In this document: in pieces, positions 48,361 through 63,600 of the stretch
How the letters are laid out: each line of letters opens with the position of its first letter
Numbering within the stretch: position 1 is the stretch's first letter
Assembly: GCA_003344405.1 (NCBI GenBank)
Contig: NOWV01000010.1
Coordinates: 248,001 to 312,000 of the forward strand
Reading direction: 5' to 3'
DNA length: 64,000 nt
Source of the DNA: Trichoplax sp. H2
Taxonomy: Eukaryota
The notes under the pieces: model-generated
What the model saw: the letters and a program-made list of their open reading frames with translations, nothing else
The model's database searches: none
Told to the model about the DNA's origin: nothing
Program-made: the position numbers and the translations under genes

Positions 48361-51300
48361 TGTAATTATCGTAGAATTTTACAAAGTGCTGACTTAAATT
48401 AATGGGTAGACTGTTACCGTCGTTGTCATTCATGTACTTTTATGATATGCAAAATTAAGATTGTATATCTTATATAAGTGATTAGTTACTTGCAATAGTG
48501 GATGGAGTAATTGATCACTATACGCGTATTTTCAGCTACCTACTCCCATCACAGACTGGTGGTTAAATTGTGTCCAAATCGAGAAATTATAATAGGTTAT
48601 TATTGGGAAGATATATTATGTACTTTACAGAATGCATAAATGCTTGAGTTGAAATAGTTAAAAAATTGACCATTTCTCGATATGGGCTCAAAAATCAATG
48701 TACAATGACGGTATTGATAACAATTTAAAAAAACATACGTGCATTTACAGTAAATTACAATAGAATCTACCAGATCTCCACTTTTATGATTTGTGATCAA
48801 CAAATGTCGATGGATTAAATAAATACTATATACATATTACTGGATATGAGCATGTACAGTACGATAACTCCTTGGAATAGCCACATTTAATACACGATTA
48901 TTGGATGATTTGCTAATAAATGAACAACCTTTAATACTTGTTACTGTTTGTTAATCTTTGCTTACTGTATGAAAACTTTAATTGGCTCTGATAAAATCAT
49001 TGAAGGCGTAATATTATTTGTTTGAAATAAAACAATAATTTACTCAGTTTATTAGTCCATGCTTTATTCTTACACTCGTCTTAATGGCAAAACTTTATTG
49101 CGGTAATTTGAAAATTATATAAATAATTCATTGTAGTTGTAGCGTAAAATTAAACTTTGTTATTGAATAAGTTACAACACTACAATTACTGTCTCGATAT
49201 TATGGCTAGACTACTAAAGCTCAAGTATTCGTGCATAATTAGGCACTCTGCGTATCAAAATACCGTACGTTCTTGACCTTGCACACTGTAGAGTTTTAAA
49301 ATGCCTAAATAAGATCTTAACTGATACCCAAAGTACAGTATCATATTCAGTTGCATTATCGGCTCAACAACTATAATTAATAGTAAAATTAGTACCAATC
49401 GGTGACTAGGCATTCTGATGCAACAGCAAGAATAAAGCTTTCTAAAGATTCAGTTTAGTAAGATGATAATTAGGAATTCATAACTGGCAAATACCATGGC
49501 ATTGCCATATTGCTAGCGAACGTACTCTACAAAATTGTATCATTTATAATTATGTGCAGTATATGCATAGACTAAAAAATTATATTTAACTTTGTAACAC
49601 AGATTTACTTTTTTAAGTTGAAGTTTGAGGTATACTTGACAAATGGTTATTGTTTAGATCATTTTCAACACAGTAGTTTAGATAACTGATTTGAATTTTC
49701 TCAACTATTATTTTATTACCGAAATCTATCAGAACTACTATAAAAACAGCGGAAATTGATATGCGTACTAAATGCCAAATTTACAAGAAAATTGCTAATT
49801 TAACATTAACCTATTATATGTATAAGTTTGTTTGTAGCATATACTGACTAAATGGCGTTAGTTAGAATTAAATTACTACACTTTTAAATGATATCAAATA
49901 AGTTTTATAGTATGCCAATCCAACTTTTGATCACTAAGCAAGATTTCAATTGGGGAATTTTACAAATGTTTCTACAGAAGCAAAAATTATAACCTTGAAC
50001 ATTAACGTTCTAGGATATTGCCTATAATAAAGGTTTAATTTACTGCTTAATAGCACCAATATCAGTAATATCGATTAAACTATCTATTCTATGATTTATT
50101 GTTATTTATCATGCAATTGTCCTTGTAATCGGCTATACTACACTTGCCTCCTTATAAAAGTAACTGTAAAAATGAAAATAGCTGCATTATTAGTTGGTAA
50201 GGCAATTCATTATTGACATCTTATTATAGGGCATACAGTTATCTACTCAATTTTTTTCAAGAGATTTTTACACAGGCATGTAATTAAAAGAACGATTTAT
50301 ATCATGTAAATTTACGCTTTATTATATCATGATAAAACTGAAATGTTTTTACATCTACTTGATTACTCTTATGTTATTTTGATATTGCGATCCTGGCTAT
50401 AATATCGTATCGGGTTTAAGAATATAGTCATATTGCTATTATTGCTAAAAAATACAGAATGGATTTGAGCTTAGTTCTTTCATAAAAATTTAATATGCAG
50501 TATAAATTAATAACAGACCTAATGAAGCATCTTTGATATTATTATTGGATGAACAGATGTTTCATATTATCGTAATTATTGCGGTATTTCAGACGCTGTA
50601 CAATATGATATGAATTATCTGAATACTTGAAATTAGATTTCACTTCTGATTGAAATTGCTCCACGTTATCTATTTGATAAAATTAAAAGTTATAATTAAC
50701 TTCTGTTACTAAAATTAGTAGCCTAAATTTGATGTAAAGTGTTTCTTGAAATTTTTTGCGAAACTATCATTACAACTAGTAAGAATACAGTATACATCAT
50801 TTAGGAAAGGGACATTAGCTTTTATATATCATTTACTTTTCTGGCATTAATATAAGTTAATGTTAACACCTATTGTATTACAATATTTGAAGGGACTAAT
50901 ATAGACCAACTATTATGCAACGGTCCAGATAACGATTATTTAAAAGTGTGAAAATTTTGCGATGGCACTGGATATTTGTAGAAAAGTTTTGAATTAGTTT
51001 ATGTAATACTGATCGTTTTTAATACATCTGCTATAGCGATTATCACTGGTATTCCAGACACCTGGAATCTTGATTAGCGGTAGCTTATAGCTGCATAAGT
51101 ACTATTAATAATTAATACTATATCTTTGCGGATATTCTTGATTATATTGTTGGAAAGATTTTTAAAATTTATCATCGTTTATCGATTACTATAGTTAGCT
51201 TAAGTTAGCGAATAATAAGATAGACTTGATAGAATTTCTTGCTCTACTGTACTTTTACGATATTTTAATACATAGCTATGAAATGAAGAATAGGTATACC

Positions 51301-54300
51301 GTACACTCGTGTTTTACACACATACGTATATACAATTATATAGGACAATTTGTTCAGTCAATATCAAATTAAAGGTAGTTATCCCATCCAGTCTACTTCT
51401 ATATTCGATAGTTTAGTCAATTAACAATTAGGCGCATTTAGCCATTGCCTAGATAGTTCCTGTTTGCTAATTAAATCGTTGATGATAGTTATTGTAATTA
51501 TTATAAACCATCAAGACGCCATAGTAAGGTATGTAATTATAACCAAGTGTTATCTTTTTAATTGATTTATAATTTAGCTAGCCATAACAATAACATGACG
51601 AGCCTTGTATATCATAATATTTTAACCACCCGGTGATTGCCCTTTCAACTAACGATATTTGATCCGCTAAGTCGAATATCGCTTTTAGTTTATTTAAAAT
51701 TGACATAGAATTCAAGTTAGGTTGTGCGTTGATGATTTTGGTTATCGTTAAAGTCAGTACGATAATGTTGAATCGCAACAGGTCAGCAGTGCAGTAAACA
51801 GTACGTTTATATTCGTATTGATCAGGTATTTTTGATAATAGTCATCGCGATGATTCTTAGTGTGGCCGTAGAATAGTGGTATAAACAATTCAAATGATAT
51901 GTTGTTACTGTTGTATCATTGTAAGTCATTGTATATATTCGTGTATATAGGCTTCATTACTTCAAGAGTTGTTAAAAGTATTATATATATCTATACACAT
52001 ATACACAAAAAGGAAGGAGAGGAACGATACTAAGAAGCAAAATAAGTTATCTGCAGAAGATTTCATTTTCTTCGCACGAAGTAACCCGTTATCCATGATA
52101 GCTTAGCTGTCATGGATAGCAAGTACCAATGTAGACAATTTCAATCGATTACTATCTAGAAAATAGTGCCAATAACAAGGACATCCTCGTAACGTCCTAT
52201 TTCTACTTATACCTCACTCAGTTGAAAAGTGAAGAACAAGGATATCTCTGTCGAAGCTCATATCCAGTCCCGAGTCATTTCTTATTTAATCAGAGTAAAT
52301 AATACGAGAATTTGATTTAGATGTCCCTATAATGATTATAAAGAGCTAAAGTAATTTCTACAAATTGGAGCTATGCAATTGATATTTTCATAACAATAGA
52401 CCAAGCATTACTTGGAGGAGGGTATTATCACTTCGTGCGTCATCGACTGTGCGACAATAAATGTAAACAATTTACAATAGATGGAATAGAATAACAATTG
52501 TTAGACAGAAACACTAGCGATGCGGTTATTGGTTTTTTATTTTGTCTTAAAATTGATTGCAGAAGATAGAGGGGAAAAATTAAAAGAAATAGAAATAAAG
52601 TGTGTAACACAGTTAGACAATCGACTCGTTATAGATCTTTGATCTTAAAAATTGAATCGATCCAGCCAACATTTATCCTCCCCTCCTTCTCCCAATACCG
52701 CAACATATCATCATCTTCATTTGCGATTTCGACTTTGAAATTGATTTAGTTTCTCTTACTTTTAACATTAAAATAAAGAGTAAGTGTCCATTAAAGAAAT
52801 AGGATCGTGAAGAAAAAGGAAAAAGTGGGGGGGAAAAAATACGGGACTTTCTTTAGATAACAAAAAAAAATTCAAGGCCTTCATTGACTTGATGAATTTT
52901 TCTCATTTGCCTTCTCTACTGTATATAGGCGTTGCTTGTTAGATCACTATTGTTGATTGTATATACACGAATTGGATCATGATTTTTTGTCTTATAGCCG
53001 CTAATGTCAATCATTATTATTTATTCGATCTGCTAACAGACTATTCATCAATGTACATATACGTTACTTTGTAACCATAACTGCACAGCGTTACCCTTCT
53101 AATGAGATGAATAGGCGTTCTTGCCTATATTCTATATAATAAAAGTTCCCCCCAAAAACGCATACACAACGGTCACATATTGTAAATATAATTATACGTC
53201 CACTTTTATTGATACAAGATTGCTTATGCATAACTTTGACTGTGTTACCGACATAGTCATTTTGATAGAGTATTCGTAGACTGTCATTTTTACATTTCTG
53301 TTTATCAAATAAATGCACTATAGGAGGCATTTAAATTTACAGCCAAGAAATTAAAAGTTCAAAGCGCCCGTATTCAGCAAATCAAGTTGATCATATAAAT
53401 CGAGGTGGAATTTTCCATTGGCTATTTCGTCCATCAATCATTGTAGCCATTTCTTCCTATCTGTTCTTGGTAGTAACAAAAAGAGGTGAGTAAATTGCTG
53501 GCTGTCTTTTATGCTCTCACTCTTTACATGTAACATTTTAGAAAGATTAACAATGACGTTACGAGAAGACTACTACGAAATTAAAGCTTTGTAATTTTTA
53601 TTACATATTGATTGATTTAGGAGTAGAAAGTGTATTGTATTTTCTTCTATATCGCATCGCCGCTATCTCTACTCTATTAATGTGATGATTTTATTTCTAT
53701 CTTGGACGCTATTAAAACTGACTCATGGTTCATTAGCTTTGCACTCTAGAATATTTACTCTTCTATGTCAAGCTATTAGTAATTATTTGTATTCTAATAC
53801 GAACAAAAATTTTTACTATATCCTACGTTACCGGAGTATGCCGTATCATTTACCAGCTCTAAATGGCTCATTAAATTCAATCTAAATGATATCCAATATC
53901 GTAATATGAGTACTCTTGTTTGCTTGAAATCATTTCAACCACGGTGTGGTTAGTTTTGGTGTTTTGGGGGGAAATATTTTTTTTAAATATTTTTTGTAGC
54001 CAATTTTATTTTCTGACATGATAACCTTTTCACTTCACCAATATCATCAACAAATCATTTCTATCGATAGACTAGATATCAAAGTAATTCGTTCTAAATT
54101 AGAGTCCGTTTTATCATCGTTATCGCCATTTCTATTCAATAGCATGTAATAAAAAAAATTTCTACTCAAAGTTGGTACGACATAGCTTGAAATTTAGATT
54201 ACCATCGATAAAAATATGTGTATTCATTGTGATCGATAGACTTGATTGCTTAGGGCGGAAAAGTCTTGTTTCGTATTGATTATTTGGACATGATCTGACA

Positions 54301-56420
54301 TCCCGTTTTGAACGATTCAATTTTCAACTTTCACAGCAAAAGTTATGGAGGTAACGGAACGTATCTATCTTCCTGCCAATTATCATTAAAATAATATAGT
54401 GTATGGGTGTCTACGCATTGCTATTAGAGCATCCTGTGATACACGAGTAGAACTGTGTAGCCTTCGCAGTACCTACCTATCAATGTGATCTACACTTGAT
54501 AAAATACAGTAGTAATAACATTAGTAACAATAAGAAGGATGTATCTCTTTCTAAATCGCTCATAATTAGGATTGGTTAGATTGACGACGTCGATCTATCT
54601 AAAAGAGTTCTGTAGCAGTAGTAAGTGATTGCACAAATAGACGAGTTATTGAGCGATATTCTATTTAAAGACCGTACTACAATGTCTTCATTGGCACATT
54701 TTCACTCTTTAGTCAATTGATCCAACTTGTTAGGAAAATTGACACTAGAGAGTATCTTGATCGTTCAACACTGCGGTTTGGGGACCACCGATGATGATGT
54801 TGATGTAATAGATTAGTAGTAACCATCGTTGTTATTGAAAGCTGCCTGTTCAATTTTGCAAACGAGGTTAACAGATGAGTGGAGGGAGTTTCAATTGATC
54901 CGAGTTTACAGTTAGAATAGTGAACAAATGCAGGACACTGAACGATCATGTATGATTTATTGTACGCGTACTTAAGATGACAATAAAATGTTGTCGGTAG
55001 ATTTCATAACTTATTCATAGTTTTTAAAGAGACTAAAACTTGAAGGAAAAAACGTGCGAGAATAGACGCGAGAGTAGACATGATAATAAAATTTTATTTC
55101 ATTAGTACAGTAGAATCATTTATGAATTATTGTTATAAATGTATGACGAAGTTAAGGCACCATGTCTATGTCGATACATCTACTCCATTATGCATCAACT
55201 AGCCAGTATATCTTTTTCGATAGAAATGCCACACACTTCCATGTAATTTCTGATGTGAACTTGTCTACTATGCAGGTACTACTAGGTACTACTGTGTATA
55301 GAGGTCAAAAAAAGGTTATTATCTCGATGATTCCATTTTTTCCATTTTACGTCACAATGATTAGGTAAAAACACCACAATTTGAATGGAATTTATTTACC
55401 CATTATTTACCGTAGTCTTGTTGGGATCAATTATTTTATTTTCTAGCTATATCAGGGACTTTTAAGAACAAAAAATGCACTACTATAAATTCTGTTATCT
55501 CCATATGGCACCGTTGTACATGATGTTGTAATCGCGTAATCATAACGATAGTACTTTAGCAGAGTCTACTACGTATGTGTAGTATATCATCGAGTAGGGG
55601 AGGATATGGAATTGCACTATACATGTAAATCCATGGAGTATTTTACGATTGGCGAATGGCATCTGCTCCACGTTCTACCAGTGCTGAGCTTATGGTATGT
55701 ATTTCGTCCAGTAAATAATAATAATATTATCATTCTCCTGCTATGGAGAATGTACTCAATGACTACAGCACTGGACTTTGTTGCCCACAAGTAAAACTAC
55801 TAAATATTCTTCTTCTTTCCTGGACCATATTTTTATTCATACTGTATTCAATGATCTTCTATCACCTTTGCATCTTGTTGTGCTGCATCTGAAATTCTGC
55901 TGACAGCAATGTGCGATAAACTGCGCCATGGATCTAGCAACATGACTTCTGTTTAATAATAAGTTCAATTAATTAAACAACAACAGTCTGCGACCAGAGA
56001 CTCCAGTGCAGTATCTACGTAATAACAAGCTCTTCTCCATTTTGAAGTTTACTACTTGGGATTTAGTAGTGAATGGTATGGTATACTGGGCTCATGCCCA
56101 CGCTGTATGCCCTTAGTATATTAATAATCAAGTTATGACAGCACTAAGCGAATCCCTAATTAGGCTTATGCAAATTGCGGACACCGATTGAAATTTTGCT
56201 ACGGTAAAATTTCAACTCCGCCAAGCTTAGTACGGCATGGATGCATTTTGCCTACTCCAATCGTCGTAGCTCTTCGTACGTTATGTGTGCTGCTGCTTGT
56301 TGCTTCTACTTCGTTCATTTTTCCTTGGTGAATATGCTGATACAATGCAATCAAAAGTTGACAATTGTATGAAAAACATTGGGTACAAGATGTAAGCAAA
56401 CTTGACTACAAACAGTAATA

Positions 56421-57262
56421 AACATGTTCCTGTACTTGTCCTACAGTAGAATAGACTGCAAATGAGAGATTTTTGAAAAGACTAAAACAAGAGTAAATTC
56501 TTCTCTTCCTCCTTTCCAACAGCTCGTTTTTAGCCTAGAAAGATGAACTATAGTCGATCAATCCATTAGCAACGCACAAAAGCAACCGCTTAAACAGTCC
56601 ATTCTCGAATCTATTTAGTACAGTACTGTACAGACAGTATTAACATGTTGTGTACGAGTCCTACAGCAGAATAGACTGCAAATGAGAGACTTTGAAAAGA
56701 CTAAAACAAGAGTAAAACCTTCTCTTCCTCCTTTCCAACAGCTGGTTTTTAGCCTAGAAAGATGAACTATAGTCGATCAATCCAAAAGCAACCGCTTAAA
56801 CAATCCATTCTCGAATCTATTTAGTACAGTACTGTACAGACAGTATTAACATGTTGTGTACTAGTCCTATAGCAGAATAGACTGCAAATGAGAGACTTTG
56901 AAAAGACTAAAACAAGAGTAAAACCTTCTCTTCCTCCTTTCCAACAGCTCGTTTTTAGCCTAGAAAGATGAACTATAGTCGATCAATCCAATAGCAACGC
57001 TCAAAAGCAACCACTATAAGAGTCCATTCTCCAATCTATTTTGTACAGTACAGACAGTATTAACATGTTCTGTACTAGTCCTATAGCAGAATAGACTGCA
57101 AATGAGAGATTTTGAAAAGACTAAAACAAGAGTAAACTCTTCTCTTTCTCCTTTCCAACAGCTCGTTTTTAGCCTAGAAAGATGAACTATAGTCGATCAA
57201 TCCAATAGCAACGCTCAAAAGCAACCACTATAAGAGTCCATTCTCCAATCGATTTAGTACAG
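56421..57262. repeat. Tandem repeat, four copies of a ~206-221-bp unit
   Basis: Units start at 56421, 56642, 56848 and 57062 (AACATGTT..AGAATAGACTGCAAATGAGAGA..CCTAGAAAGATGAACTATAGTCGATCAATCCA). Copy 2 lacks a ~12-bp TAGCAACGC segment. Confidence 0.95.
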
Positions 57263-60200
57263 CATCATACAGTAGCTCAATCCAGATTCCAGCATAAACC
57301 ATTTTGCTTGGAAAAACTGCCTGACTACAAGCAAGGCGGCTGCTAACTGTATCAAACCGCTCTATTAATAACCTCTACACAAGGATACAACAGTGAGCCT
57401 ATTTTTCCACTATCTTTTCCTTGCTCCACTAAATTGATTTCCGTCCTTGCCAAAGTCTGTTGTAAGGCAAGACAAATTCGATGTCAGTCTTGTAACACTA
57501 TAACCTAACAACAGTCAGAATCGGATGAATGGTTTTCAAATCCCCGCAACCTACCCTGGATCAGACCGTAGATCACGAAAACCTTTCAATCTTTCCATCT
57601 ACTTAATATGGACTATTGAATAGGATGATCATTTAAGGTAATATTATTATTTTCAATCGCCAAATTCTACCATTGCAGGCGGTACGGGGCTTCTGTATTG
57701 AGAGAGAGAGAGGAGTGTCGAGTTTGAAGGAGAAAGGGTTCCAATACAATACTTGTATATTATACACTGCTGTACATAGGCTACAAAAAATCGCTTGGAC
57801 TATTGGATGAATATGGCGACAGGAATACTCGATGAATTGATGAGTAATGTAAAACTACTTGATCCTCGATAGAAAATGATACTAACATAAACGCTATTTT
57901 TTTTTATGACTGTCCATATCATCAACATGGAGTACAGCGTCCTTGTACAGTATACTAATGGGATGCTCTGTTCTACTTTCTGTATCTGCTTTGTGTCGTT
58001 GCAAAAAAAAAAGTGTTTAGTAGTATCGCTGAGTGATTGTTCCACAAGAAAAATGTCAGGAATTTCCGGATAATTACAACTGATGAGAAAGCGATCATAA
58101 GCCTGAAGGCGATTACTTATTTCCAATTCATTCGTTATGTCTTGATATTACTACTGAGAAAGGGCAAGTTGCTGTTCTACCAATACACTAGCTAAATGTT
58201 GATTTGCTTACTCTACAAGTGTTTACATTACGTCGCAAATGGCCATGGATTGTCCACAATTGGACTGCTGTTGCATGACACAAAATGAGATCATTTTTCC
58301 CCTTCAAACTGCCAATCGACTGCGGGCAGTAACGAATTCAGTGTATGGCACTGCTCCATTTTAACCATGGCAATATCCATCTCTACACCTAGAACATAAC
58401 CGCAATCGAGCTCTGAAGTAGCCAATCTACAATAGAGGATTCTAAAGAACCACTTCATCGTGATTGACACTGAAAAAATTGAAATAGATGACGGCTTACA
58501 ATAATAAAATAGGATACCAATACATGTACTGTAATCGGATCAAGCGGACTAGATCCCATCACAGTAGTCATCCTTCTTGAACAGCCAAGCTATCAATCAT
58601 CAGCATTGAAAGATTATATTATCCAGCTTGATCCATACTTGCAATAAATAAATTATAATTGTATTATGCAACAAAAGTGATGACATACTGTTCATACACT
58701 TGCAGCGTTGGAGTACTCAAAGAATGGAAATATTTTTATTTCCAGTAGGTAGTCTTGTTAAAATGATGTACAGTAGTCATCACTGTCTAGCATTTGACCA
58801 ACAACTTTGCCCATTCAAAATTTGGACGCAATTTTGGGTCAATGTAAGTAACACTGGTAGTCCTCGTTATGAACTGAGAGTCCTATTAAAAGTGTTGTTG
58901 TCGATTAGTTTATTTTGTGGTCGATCCATCCAAAAAGAAAAAATCACTCAAGTATCTTTTTACTCCGCGATTTTTTGTATTATTATACGGCCTAAATTTT
59001 AAAGTTAGATTGATTCGGAAAATTAATTGATAGATGATCCATTTTTTTATCACACGAAATTTGAAAGTATAAGTAATTTACCAACCTTGACCTTTGGTAT
59101 TCTGCAGCAACGACACTAAGAGTGAAAAGAGAGAGCTTTGATGGAAAAGATGGAGATGAACATATACTGTATATCTCGTCGATCCTATTTCTTGACTATA
59201 CGTACGTATAGAACTCTATGAGTAGCATACGGGAACATAGCGAAGAGCTAAATTGGAATAGTTTTTGAAATGATATGCTTGATAATCAACTGGATTGCGA
59301 TCAGGAGTAACTAGCTATAAAAGGAACTACAAGTATTACAATGTCGCCAGTTATTCTGTAGACGATTAAGTTATTATATCGTCAAACTTTTATGTCAATA
59401 CATTGTCTTGCTTAATACACCAGTTATACTATCAAAAAGGCAATGTTTGTCTTGATGTACACATACGCAGCGGCGGAAGTAGCTAAATACGGTAGAATAC
59501 GAGTATGTCGTTAGCAACATCAGGGAAATGACCAAAAGCCACATTTGAATCAACTTGATCCCTACATTTTCTTTAAGGAATAACGGTACATTTTGAAAAA
59601 ATATTCAATCGAACGGACGGACCCACGAATTGGATTTAATTCGAATATTTAAGTACTCTACTGTCATGTTACTGGTAAATCTCTCACTTTAAAAATGGAT
59701 TTGATGTATTATAGCATGTTTTCCGTGTACGAATTGAATATTCAAGATTGTAAAGATTTTTTATTTCATGCTTGAAATTGTAATGTAATTTTATTCAGTT
59801 TAAAAACACTCCTTCTATCCACTAATTTAATTTAATCGTCCATTTTCTAAAGCCCTCAGCTATTTTATAAAGTCACGTTGAGATGTTGAAAACAACTGTA
59901 TCTCTTCTATGTTATTCAAATGTATTCGAGTTGTACGAGTACATGGATATTAAGACATCACTGCTTGTACGGTTATGCATCGTTAAATTATTGCTAACTT
60001 TGTCTTCTTCAGCATAGAAGCAATTGATTTTATGACGGGCAATTTATGATGAAAGTTGTTACTTTTTCAACGCTGTCAATCCTTTGCGATCATCGCTTGT
60101 ACTGTACTTCTGCATATTAGTACAACCGTCAAAGATTCTATTATAATAATCATTGGCAAATCGTCTGCTGGATAATAGTCCTTGACAGCGCTGAAAATTA

Positions 60201-60681
60201 ATTTTTCTTAGTGGTATCCATAGGAGTTTTGCTTTGTTTTCTTGCCTGCTATTTACCGTCGTCATCATCATTATCGACATTGTTCACAAAGAAACAGACC
60301 ACACACAGTAATATTATACATATGGAATAGAGCAGGGCGTTGTATTAGATTGCTATTTTAAATTGTTCATAGAATTTAAAATATACTAGCTAGCGCTAGC
60401 ATAGTACTGTACTACATATTCTTATGGAATACAGTATACGTAGACAAACCCCATGCAATACAATCGGAGAACAGTAGGCAACTGTTCTCTATAGTGGAAA
60501 TTATCCAAGTTTCTGGCTAATAAAAACAAGTTCTTTTGATAGCACAGCTTTGTAATATATCCTGCTCTCTGTTTAATCGCGTTAATATACTCGTATAATT
60601 TATAAAATTGTCTATTTTATATATTTTCGATTGTAGTATTGGCACGTATTATAACCGGATAGTAGACTAAGCACAAATAAA

Positions 60682-63600
60682 ATGTCTTCAAACAATAATC
60701 ACAATGAAAACGACGATAGAACTTCCAACCTAAATAACAACAATAATAATAATAATAATAATAAAAAACCCTCCATTGCATGGATAGAAGATGATGAAGA
60801 TACAAATTCCAATGATGTTAACAATCACAGGTATGGAAATTGCATTGATTCATAGAACTAGATATAGGCGTTTTAATTCTTATAATTCAATCCTGATGGA
60901 TTTAGCAGTCAAAGTAACACGAGTTTTAAACAGTGTTGATTCAAAAATTGTTGCTAGATCAGTCCGTTAAATTCGTTTCAAGTACTTGTATACCAATAAA
61001 TGACGTAGAATGTAGACTTGTACTATTATATATGGCAATTAAAACTATACCAAATTATTCTGTGCTGATTAGATTACATAAAGTAATAACTTGGTAGAGT
61101 AAAATGAGATTCGAGCGTATTATCAACGTAGCAATGCAGATCTAATAAATAAATGATTTTCAAATTCGCTAACGTAAATTAACTTCAATTTTACCCGTAT
61201 GAAGTATTCGAGAATATACACGTTCGTAGTCAGAAAGAACTTTAAATATTATGAGATAGAGTATACTGCAATATGAACTATATCCATTTACAAAATATTG
61301 TCAATCGTAGAATTTTTGATTCTTTTAAATGTTTTGCCATAGTTTTGGATGTAATGAGAAATCCAAACACGAGTCCTTTCTTTGATCAATTCAATACAGT
61401 ATAAAATAGATGATTTAGATAATCAATACTGTAGCTTGATTTTAGCTAATCAAACAATCTTCTATTCAACGGCAAATATCTTCAGTATACCGTGCCTTAT
61501 GTTATATCATAAATTCATAATAAAATAGTAGAATGATCGCCTAGTTGTACAGTACTACCCTCTACTAGCGGGTCCTAAGTTAGAAGGCAGTTAATCGTAT
61601 CAAATGATTGCAGTTAGAGAAATTGTATAGTGTTATGCTTCGATCAACGACTTATTGAATTGTAAAAATTTCCAACAATACTATACTTTTGATTTTGTAC
61701 TCTATAAACATCATCGATTATCATCTGACAATTATACTTTACTCAGGATATTGTTAACGTCATACTTTTTGACATAGTGACAGGAATTTTGCTTCTCGGT
61801 ATTACCATCAATTAATATGTTGATCATGTTATGACGACGACAAAACAAGATCATTTAGTTCTAGGGATACGTTATTATATTAAAACAATGTTCTATTTGT
61901 GCCTTGTTAAACATTTTTTATCCATTCGTCACTTCACTACGACAATAGTCAAGTAATCGGCGTGAATTAAACCTATAAACAATCCCGTTCGATAATTTAC
62001 GATAATCATTTTTTTAAATTAATTCGATGTTCGTACAACATTCCAAAAGTGCATTGGTAATGGATTTACTTGCAAGGTACTTAAATGTAACGTGAAAGAT
62101 TAGTGACAACTATAATATAATCTGAAAGAACTGCTTTATAACTAATTGTATTAGTTAGCGTGATTGTGCATTTTCTAGTAGCACACGCGTATTTGCAATA
62201 TGACTAGTTGTCTAGCAAGTAATTGACAGTATTGTATTAGTCCATAAAAATACTATCTCAATGCTATGTACAGAATTTTATTTTACAGGACATTATTGAT
62301 TGATTGATATAAGTTCTTAGTTAATGCAATGGTACACAGTATTAATAGTAGATATTACGATATCATAGGAAGTAGCATCAACATGCAGTGCTAACTCGAA
62401 ATCTTTCGAAGTAAATAGTCGCTTGTTGAAAATTGACAATAGTATTCCTACAACGTAGTAATAAGATTCAGATCTTGTTGGCTGCAGTAAAAATTCCGTA
62501 GCAAGTTGTATAATATTGCTCCAGACAGCAATCTAACGTAACAGAAGTTATTTAAAATTCCAGAGTAATTCGTATAGTATCAGACAAAATTCCTATTATA
62601 TGGGTAATGCAAATTTTTTGTCAATTTAACTTACGACTACTGTTGACCAGTTTCTTTGTGGTACTACAATGTTATAATTGAAATTAGATTTTAACTCATT
62701 TGGTCATGGTTCCTTCCATTTTTACAGTACTTTATCGTAGCTGGATTAGTTTAGCGATATTTCTGACAACTTTAACCAACACACTAAAGATATAAATTTA
62801 TAATAACATTATTAAAATGAATTTTAGAGCCGACTGATTACTATGCAAATCAGACGGGTATTCTTTTATTGGGCTGTAGTTTACATTATTATAGGATAGC
62901 TATTAGGCTTTTATCCATTAATTGGTAGTACTATACCGAGAGAGCTATTTTAACAGTAAAATGTAGTAGATAACAAACTGAAAATACCGGAATGTGATCA
63001 TAGTTTGTCTGCTCTTTTGTTTTAGTTGACAGCATTAGCATATTATCTTATGTTACTATCGGTGTTATTGAAAAAAGTAAACTAATCGATTATATCGTTA
63101 TTGATTGAAATTTTGTCAAATACTTTAATTTAATGCCTCTAATGGTGTAATTATTTATTACTAGTCTAACACCCTGCTCGTAATACTTCGCATACGTATT
63201 TACTAACCCAATGTTTTAATTCCTTAGCATCCGTACTCATTTCTGACATCGTTATTAACAATGATAGCTAATAGTTCATTTCTTGCGAGTAGATGTTACC
63301 TTATCCAATATTGATTACGAACGATGAATGCAGTGTTGCACAGTAGTAAAATTAGTCATAGTATGTAGCATATTGGTACACTGGCTTTGTGCAGATATTC
63401 GCAACTAATATTCGCATGATGCATTATGCAGCTTTTAGTTAAACTGACTATGCTACAGAAGTTAAAATGCAACAGTAGTTTTATGTAGTCGCTATTACGT
63501 GGCCATGACATGTAATATCCAATTACTTTAGAATCGAATAAAAGATAAACAATTTTGTTAACGTAAATATGAAGCAGTGCATATGCCCAAAAATGATTAT

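Noticed and set aside
51578..51778. 66-aa minus-strand ORF
   Set aside because: Non-ATG start, no recognisable motif and no convincing flanking exons.
55640..55720. Ankyrin-like fragment LVERGAD on the minus strand
   Set aside because: Only seven residues match, followed by a stop and no TPLH motif; too weak to call.
56421..57262. CRISPR array or coding repeat
   Set aside because: Units are ~210 bp and contiguous with no unique spacers, no long ORF spans them, and the context is eukaryotic.
57537..57693. RNase MRP RNA (AAATCCCCG ... ACGGGGCTT resembling the P4 strands)
   Set aside because: The 5' strand lacks the GAAAGUCCCC consensus, and no P8 GARAR loop or terminal P1 helix was found.
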